A stretch of 58,684 nt of DNA, counting the filler, from Sphacelaria rigidula (taxonomy: Eukaryota): assembly GCA_964200075.2 (NCBI GenBank). It is 3 parts of 3 records of this genome, joined end to end, with 100 filler letters (N's around TTAATTAATTAA, not from the genome) between each part and the next. Parts side by side here need not be neighbours in the genome. Positions count along the whole stretch, not along the records: positions 39,194 to 58,684 come from CAXNAA020000657.1; 2 more parts are not named here. The stretch is one strand, 5' to 3'. Positions 51,184 to 58,684 of this stretch are shown here, piece by piece. The notes below the pieces were generated by a model that was given only the letters and a program-made list of their open reading frames with translations, was not told the origin of the DNA and did no database searches. The position numbers were made by a program, and so were the translations under genes. Position 1 is the stretch's first letter, and every line of letters begins with the position of its first letter.

Positions 51184-52448
51184 GACCCACTACCTAGACT
51201 GTATGTTGCGTTGCCACTGACACGGCACGCAGAGAAGCCAGTAGGTCAACTCACGCTCCCTTACTTACTGGTTGTGTTGTAGACGGGGTTAGCCTACACT
51301 GACACAACAAACCCCAAGTCTGAGAACTTTTCTGAATCAATATTCCTCTGATAGTAATGGGCCTCAACCTGTGAATCAACCATATCTTGTTCAAGACTGT
51401 CAATTGCAAATAATCAGTAGTCCATAATGAGTTTAAAGAGGCTGAAGCCTCAGACATCGACCCCCGCAGGTGGACTGAGTTAGACCACGCCACATTTGAG
51501 GTCCACAACATCTCTTTCCTCGCTGCAAAAAACGCCTTTTTATCAGCATGTGGACATTTGGCATCCATGTGCTTCATAGAAAGTAGTCCCGGAAAACCAC
51601 TGAACAGTTTCGACCCTGCAGTCAATTGCGTGCAGAGTCTGTATGTATTTGTGCTATGTTTCTTTGCTGGATACACCGGCAAGAGACAGTATAAGTGCGC
51701 CATCTCTCTCCACTGAGCACAATTCACTGCATGCTGCTGATGCCCCTGCTTATTCGACAACACTACAGACAGTGCGAAGCTATGCTGGCAACACGTGAGG
51801 CGTCAGACAGGCGGCACAGACCTCGAGCAGAGTAACAGAGTATACAATAAGTAGTTCGTATTCATGTAATACATGGTTGAACTACCATGACCAAAATGAA
51901 ATATTGCAGAAAACAGCGGAGAAATCGACCTGTAGTCGACCTGTAGGGGAACTACGCGCTCATTTTGACTACCGTGATCGGTCACAATGGTCATTCCGCA
52001 CCTCTCGGGCCCCATTCTCAGCTTATCATCTTTCGCGGGAAACTTCCACAGACGCGTGGTTGACTTGGTGAGCTCTTCGGCTGTTCTGCGGACAGATACC
52101 CCGTCCATCAAAAACGACCCCTCCGGCCACTGGAAACCCCCGAGTGCCTCCGGACTGCCAGCCTGTAAAACTGTTCCGAGGTGACGCTTGCTGTCTAAGG
52201 CTTAGCCCTTTTGGAATCGTTGATAGAAATTTGACTATTGAACATTGACGTCTTTTTGGGCAAGAAATGGTTGATTTTCGACAGCGTTTGAGCGAACGAT
52301 TCGCCCAAAGCGTGTTTTTCAGATCCGTGCGAATGGAACGTGAAAGAAAAGAAGGTTCGCTTTCTTACGGTTATGACGAATTGTTCGACCCGTCAGTGTT
52401 TTCCAACCCTGGCCAGAGTACATGGCAGGTCTCCATGAAGCAATCTTC

Positions 52449-54073
52449 CACAGCCTGGACAATACAATATGTAATATATATTGCCCGGTCAATATACCGA
52501 CGCGTCGGGTGGTCAATATATATTGGGCGAACAATATGATGGCACGAGAGAGGGTCAATATATATTATGCCATCAATATGGCAAGGCTCACGACATGCAA
52601 TATATATCGAGCGAACAATATGACACGCACCGCCTCGATATATACTGGCCGAGTAATATGTTGGAGCGAGAAGGCACTGATATACATTTTTCGAGTAATA
52701 TACTAGCTGCTACACGAGGTCAGTATATATTGATGATTCAATATACTCAAAACCCGAAGCGCCAATATATATTGCCGCCCCAGTACGTCGTGCATCAATG
52801 CATCCATTATTATATATTGGGCGGACAATACACAAGAGACCTGACGGTCCCAATGCATGAGGGTATAGCAATATATTATGATTTTCCACATGTAGGTTGT
52901 AAACTGTATTGGAATTAGTATGGTGGGCAGTCCTATGTTCGCGGGCGCCATTCAAAGATGTATCACCACATGCCGAAAACACCCAATATATTCCTCCGCA
53001 AGTGTGTTCAATATAAATTGGCTGCACAATATCTATGCGATGAGCGTGCGCAATATATATTGGAAACATAACACTTTTGCATGGTTTGCCTTCAATACAT
53101 ATTATGGTAACAATATGCGTAGCATTGCTTCGACTCAAAATATTTTGACACTTCAATACATACACGGCCAGCATGCACAATATATATTGACTGTTTCATT
53201 CCCGGAGCATATGCATGCCCAATATATTGTAATACCTCACTTCATGATCACGACACAAGCAATATATATATATATATATGTTTTCTTTAATGTCTCCGAG
53301 GACATCTCAACACAATACGTATTGAAAGGACAATATTTGCGCTGGCTCTAATACAAACTATTGGTATCATATTGGAACATATTGTATTGTTCAGGGTATA
53401 AGCAACACAGCCCCGGTGACCAACCACAGGGGTACCAAAAGGCGCATATCGATCCGCGTTTTCTGTCATCGTGATGTTTAGCCAAGATTTTTTCATTACA
53501 TGCTGGGAAGGGGATGAGCGGCCCCGCACCGGTGGCAAGATGGGTATCAGGAGGCATGTACACCGGGTCGCCTCTTCTGTCACCATATTCTCTGACCAGT
53601 ATATATGTGTGTGTGTGTCAAACGCATTCGATATCTCTCCGTAGTAATGCACGCGAACTTCTGCGGCTCCCTTTGAAGATTTTCCAAATCTGCGCGGGCT
53701 CCGGCATCCATCGCGTCTCTGGATCTCTCTTGAACCGTACACCATACTTATAATATCCAATATATATTGACCGGCCAATACACTGTGACCCACGTAGGCC
53801 CGATATATATTGACCAGTCAATATGTTCTCACCAATGCGACCCTAATATATTGTGGTAGTGCAATATGCTGTCGCCCACGCTTCCCCAATATATATACTG
53901 ATGGGACAATATGTGTTCAACCCCATAGTACCAACATATATTGGGCGAGCAATATGTATGCGGTCCCACGACATCAATATATATCGGGCGCGCAATACGT
54001 GTGCAGTCCAAGGGTACCAATATATATTACGCCGGCAATATATCGCAAAACATATTGGTGTGTCCAGGGTGTG
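52449..54073. mobile_element. Non-autonomous CAC...GTG DNA transposon filled with a 42-43-bp repeat-spacer array
   Basis: TIR CACAGCCTGGACA / CACACCCTGGACA, exact 8-bp TSD CAATCTTC, about 23 units of CAATATATATTG-N6-CAATAT-N18/19. Confidence 0.88.
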
Positions 54074-57000
54074 CAATCTTCACGCCCCTCCCCTTGCAGC
54101 TGATGCTTTGTGCCGCATCATAACAAGGCTGCGCCTAAGTTGCAAGGACAAAGACGACGCCGACGGCACATTCACCTCAGTTATGCCCCCGTCTACTGTC
54201 TGTATTCGGAGGCACTCATCGTCAGACCCTGTGGGGATGTGTCCACCCACTCCTCTGTACTGCGTGTGATCATTATGCTATTTTCGGCTTCTTCCAAGTG
54301 AAAGCTCACGTCATGCACGCTACTGTTATGGGCGCGCCTGACCTCCCAAAATGGGCAAAAAGAGTGTCACCGACCAAAATTACGGAACGACACGAACAGA
54401 CCGACTTTTGGAGCTTATCTAGGCTCGTCGAGTAAAACATGCCCAACGTCATCGGAAGAGAACGACATGGATCCAGAATTCATGTAGAGAACCCTACCGT
54501 TACTTCCGTTGTTGTTCCTCATATATTGCATGCCACTGCGTAGGTTTTCGTCCGCGCTTGCGATACGCTGGAATGCCAGGAGGCTAGTTGGGTTGACCCA
54601 ACCCAACGCACACCGAGAACCCTCGGGCAAGGGCGGTACATACATTCTCTGAACAAAGTAAGGCCTTGGTAGACCCCAAATCGGCGCCACAGGCGCAGAT
54701 TTCAACGAAAACACGTTTTGCTCACACGAGGAGCCCACGGGACTGTCAGTGCGACTTCAATTCCGACTCTCGTTGTACACACACTCAAATCAAGTAATAT
54801 CAACCACGAACATTTGTAGCCCAACACCTGGAACGGGAACTCTGAACCATTTATTTTTGCAAAATCATATGCTCAATAGGCGACAAAACCATATGTACCG
54901 ATGAACTTCGACAAGGACGGCCCTTGCACAGACGAGTGGAGTACAGTCGCCGGGTGTGTCATGTAGGCTGCGCGGATATTGGTCGACTTCCTCGTCATGT
55001 TTTGAGGAGTTTGATTTATCGGATCCCATCGTTCTACAATTTTAGCGGATGAATGGCTCGTCTTGTGCAAGTGTATTTGTTGTTCCGTGGGTACGCTTTT
55101 ATTTCATGCATATGTATGATTTTCATCGGACTCCTAGGGTATCGTGTTCCAAGAGGGAATGAAAACAAACCGCCGGCCGTCATCCACCACTGCCGATACA
55201 ACGGACGCGTGTCTTAGGACGGGTTGGTGTACTGAAAGACATGAATGGGGCTTCGGTGCCATGTGGATTCAGCGAAATTGGGCCGACGACTTTATGCTGT
55301 CTTTTGTGTCGTCTTGACGCAGTATAGTTGACCATTCGGGAGGGTAGCTTGGTCCATCTTGATTTTATTTTGAACATCGATATCCGGATCTTTTCATGGG
55401 AGCTGTGCTCCTAGCATGCTCCTAGCGTGCCCACAACGCGTTTTTGTCTGTCTATAACGGCTGTTGGAGTGTGTTGCCATTGCAGATACTGCTCTCTCTT
55501 CTTGAACGCCTGCTTGCTCTGTGGCTTTCTTTTCTCCTTCAGTTCAGAGTTTGTCCATACTTGCCGCCAGGTGAGAGTAGATACAAAGCTAGGCTATCGA
55601 TGGTGGCGTGGTGATGGCACCGGGTGCAGGAGAACGAGCGCTACTCTTGCCACTATCACAAGCGATGCACAGATGGGGGTAATTATCCGCAGACATGGAA
55701 GCCTCCAGGGGTTGGGTCAAAGGTTCAAATTCTACACCTCTCGAAGATTCCACACATGCGATGTGTATCGACCATCTGCAGTATCAAGACTCATTCATGG
55801 GTGTAATCTATTCTGAGGCCCTTGGACAGGGGTGACGTTTCCGCATGTCGTGAAAACCGGCGAGGGTTTGAGGTTGTTGGTTTGTGCCCGTAGCCCAAAT
55901 GGTTGCCCCAATTACTCATCGTCAAGGCCATCGATTGGGATGCGATTTTTTGCATCATCTGCGCCAAGACGGCAGCTAAAAACTCGGTGATCGAAGTTTT
56001 TTTTATCTCATCGGGATTTGAGTTTTGTAACAAATTAAGTGGAAAAAACATGTTTTCTTTTGCGATTTTCTCGATCACCATAATTCATTTGGTTCCACAA
56101 TCTTCCCAGATTGTAGCTTGGACAAATACACGCCGGTGAGTAGCCTAGGTACGCCGTAGTTCGTAGCCCGGGACAATGAAAATGGAAAATCGTCAAGTAG
56201 AAACCCCACTCATACCACAAGTACTTTGGAGGATTTTACGGCGTGCATAATCAGGGGATGAACGAGATCTCCGGTCTGTTCGTGCTTTTGGTCGGTGCTA
56301 CTTTTTTGGCTCATTTTGGGCGGTCAGGCGCGCCCATAACTGTACTCTATCGCGCGCGTTTGTACGACACCATACTGTGGTTTGATCATTCCACAACTGC
56401 GACGCGGATGCCATGTACCCTGCCGCTATACACACCCCTGTTGCACCGTAGGCGGGAGTCGTCAATTTGGCGGATCCGGTCCAGGCTGTCATTTTGTAGG
56501 CTTCGATCTTACGGCAGATCTCATCCTGCGCTTTGTGCTGTACGTTTGCACAACGCCACCTCCGTCCTGCGGGTTGATCATGCTGAACGTTACACAGCCG
56601 TACTTTGTGCTGCGTGAAGTTCATGACTCCTGCTGGCGCTATCGCGTTCGGACAGTCTGTCCTCGTGGGCGGCGTAGGAATTTGATGCAGTGATACTACA
56701 CACGTGCTGTCTTCTCGCATGGGAGATCGTAACATCGCCATTCAGTTATTATGGACAGCAGTGAAGTAATGTTCACTTAGTTTAGTTGTAGTTTGGTTAG
56801 GCTGGTTGCGGTAGGCTGTCCCGGTCGGTTGTCGACCGTTCGTTAGTATGTCGCCTGTCTCGACGCTTGCAATCACGTCCGCCTCGTGCCTCCTACATAA
56901 TCCTGAATGCCTCGCAGCGTTTTCTCTTTCCGCGGCTACTACTTTATTTACGTTTGGTAGGCGAGTGGGAGGGGGCGGTGTGCGCCGGGGGGCAATGGGC

Positions 57001-58610
57001 TGCCTCAACCGCTCTTGCAGCTTCTTCGGCGAGACGTCTAGCAGCGTCCTGGCCGTGCTTCTCAGCCACCTCTTCCAGCTAAAAGTTATTGCATGTAGGT
57101 CGCTCTTCAGCGCTTCTACATATGTTGACGAGATTTCCACTTGCTCGGCCATATGATTGTCGCCGTATAGTGTGGCTTCCTACGCTCGTCAAGTCTTGAT
57201 GATGCAGCCCACCGATACGGTGCACCAGTCTAGTTTCAAGTATACTGGTGCACTACTCTTAGTTCAAGTAACCTGATGTGGCATATTCGTGCACCGAACT
57301 CAATTTGACATTTTCCCCACTGACGAAGATCACATATGAGAGCTTATACTGTTTTGCGAGAGTTCCGTCGATGCATGCAATTGGACACACTTCGCCCATT
57401 ACGTGCTATCATTGGACAAACCCAACCCGATCGCTCCGGGGCTTCATTTTCGTTGCATCCATGACGCATGCTTCTGGAGTATGCTTGACTCTTTCACAGT
57501 TTAAACGGTTGTCGACGGTCTTTTCTGTTTCCACCTTCATTTTGTCGTCAGAGCTTGAAATAACGAGGCGTCTGGCCCGGGTACGGGAGGGGAGGGTCCC
57601 AAAAGGGTTACGACACGGCCTCATGGCCTCATAACAGTAATACCTACTGGCAGAGTGATGTTGTGGTATAAGCCTACGGAAAGGCCAGCCAGCGCGATGC
57701 ATCGCTCACGCACGACACGCGAATAATGGGCGAATAAAAATATGACACTGCACAGCACGTACCAACCTCGCATATTGCTGCATAGCACGTGCTAACCTCG
57801 CATATTGACCAACATATCACCCAGAGTGCCCTCGTGTGCGCAGTACATACGCTTGACTGCGGAACACGAACGGTATGAGGCCTAGACTCACGTTCAGGGA
57901 ATGCGCAGTTGTAGCACAAGAAGAACACCTCAAAATCAAAGGCTGACGACGCTTTGTGTCAGGTGTCGAAGAGACCTTTGCCGTGATACTCCGTTGTTCC
58001 GGGACGACCTCGAAACCATTATTCGTTATTTTCGCAAAAGTTGGGACATAATCTACTTCACCGACTTTTCCCCGTCATTATCCATGATCTCTAGTCTAGC
58101 CGCATGGGGTCCATGTGGGGCAGTTTCGAGTTCGACCCAGAACAACCGTGTAGCATCAGAGATATTTCGACAAGTGGTGCAAAAAGCTTTCAGCCTGCTA
58201 TCTTCAGGGCTTCTTCTTGAGCTACAACAGCTTATTCATTGTACGTCAGTGTAGGCCTCGTGCTGCACGTGCCTCGGGGTCAAAGGTATGAGCATGGCTG
58301 CGCCCACAGTCAGCCTCAGGTGTTGACGCACACAAGGCACCCTAACGTGACATGTTGATCGATATGCAGGGTAAACACGTGCTGCGCATGTTCCTATCCA
58401 GATTTGCTAGTCGTCGCGTTTCGCACGTGGATGATACAGTATGTCAGCTGGTATTCCGTTGTTTACTGTACCGTAGTATCACGTTGCCGGTAGGTATAAG
58501 GGCGTGCCTTGGCACTTTGTTTTTTGATCGACAAAATGCGGTCGAATATTTTTTTGCCGATCTTATGAGTGTGTGTGTGTTGTCGTCCCTTTTATTCTGG
58601 GCACCAGTTT

Positions 58611-58684
58611 AGCCGGTCGCCCCGGTGGCTCAGTTGATAACCTCGTAACCTTCTGATGGTTGAGTTGTGGGGTTCGATTCCCGG
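58611..58684 (+). mobile_element. tRNA-derived SINE head (cut by window edge)
   Basis: AGCCGGTCGCCCCGGTGGCTCAGTTGA...GGTTCGATTCC, same family as 24663 and 33921. Confidence 0.7.

Noticed and set aside
52449-54073. Calling the array a true CRISPR, or its overlapping QYI-repeat ORFs real proteins
   Set aside because: Eukaryotic context, no cas genes, short degenerate repeats bounded by TIR and TSD. The period varies (38-45), which breaks any reading frame.
24663-58684. Functional tRNA genes at 24663, 33921, 50261 and 58611
   Set aside because: A/B boxes are present but I cannot fold a proper cloverleaf, and shared non-tRNA bodies with (CA)n tails indicate SINEs

Overview
Eukaryotic, repeat-rich genomic DNA with long GT-AG introns and scaffold gaps. 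The intron style, a bipartite-signal TerC and the repeat content suggest a photosynthetic stramenopile, probably a brown alga (inference). The ORF track is mostly spurious, and two intact spliced genes can be rebuilt by hand. (1) Minus strand, about 346-4675, at least 5 exons: an N-terminal MLKL/RPW8-like four-helix-bundle domain fused to a catalytically complete, non-RD (HMD) TKL-type kinase. (2) Plus strand, 22588-36456, 8 exons: a TerC-family membrane protein with a signal peptide and a long acidic tail. The rest is largely nested mobile DNA: hAT, PIF/Harbinger and Tc1/mariner-type non-autonomous elements with readable TSDs, a decayed Ty3/gypsy element, LINE fragments and tRNA-derived SINEs. 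The most unusual observations are the MLKL-like kinase, a 1.6-kb CAC...GTG element filled with a 42-43-bp repeat/unique-spacer array, a second element with the same 42-bp geometry but a different motif, and tandem PAM2 motifs at the N-terminus of a LINE ORF.
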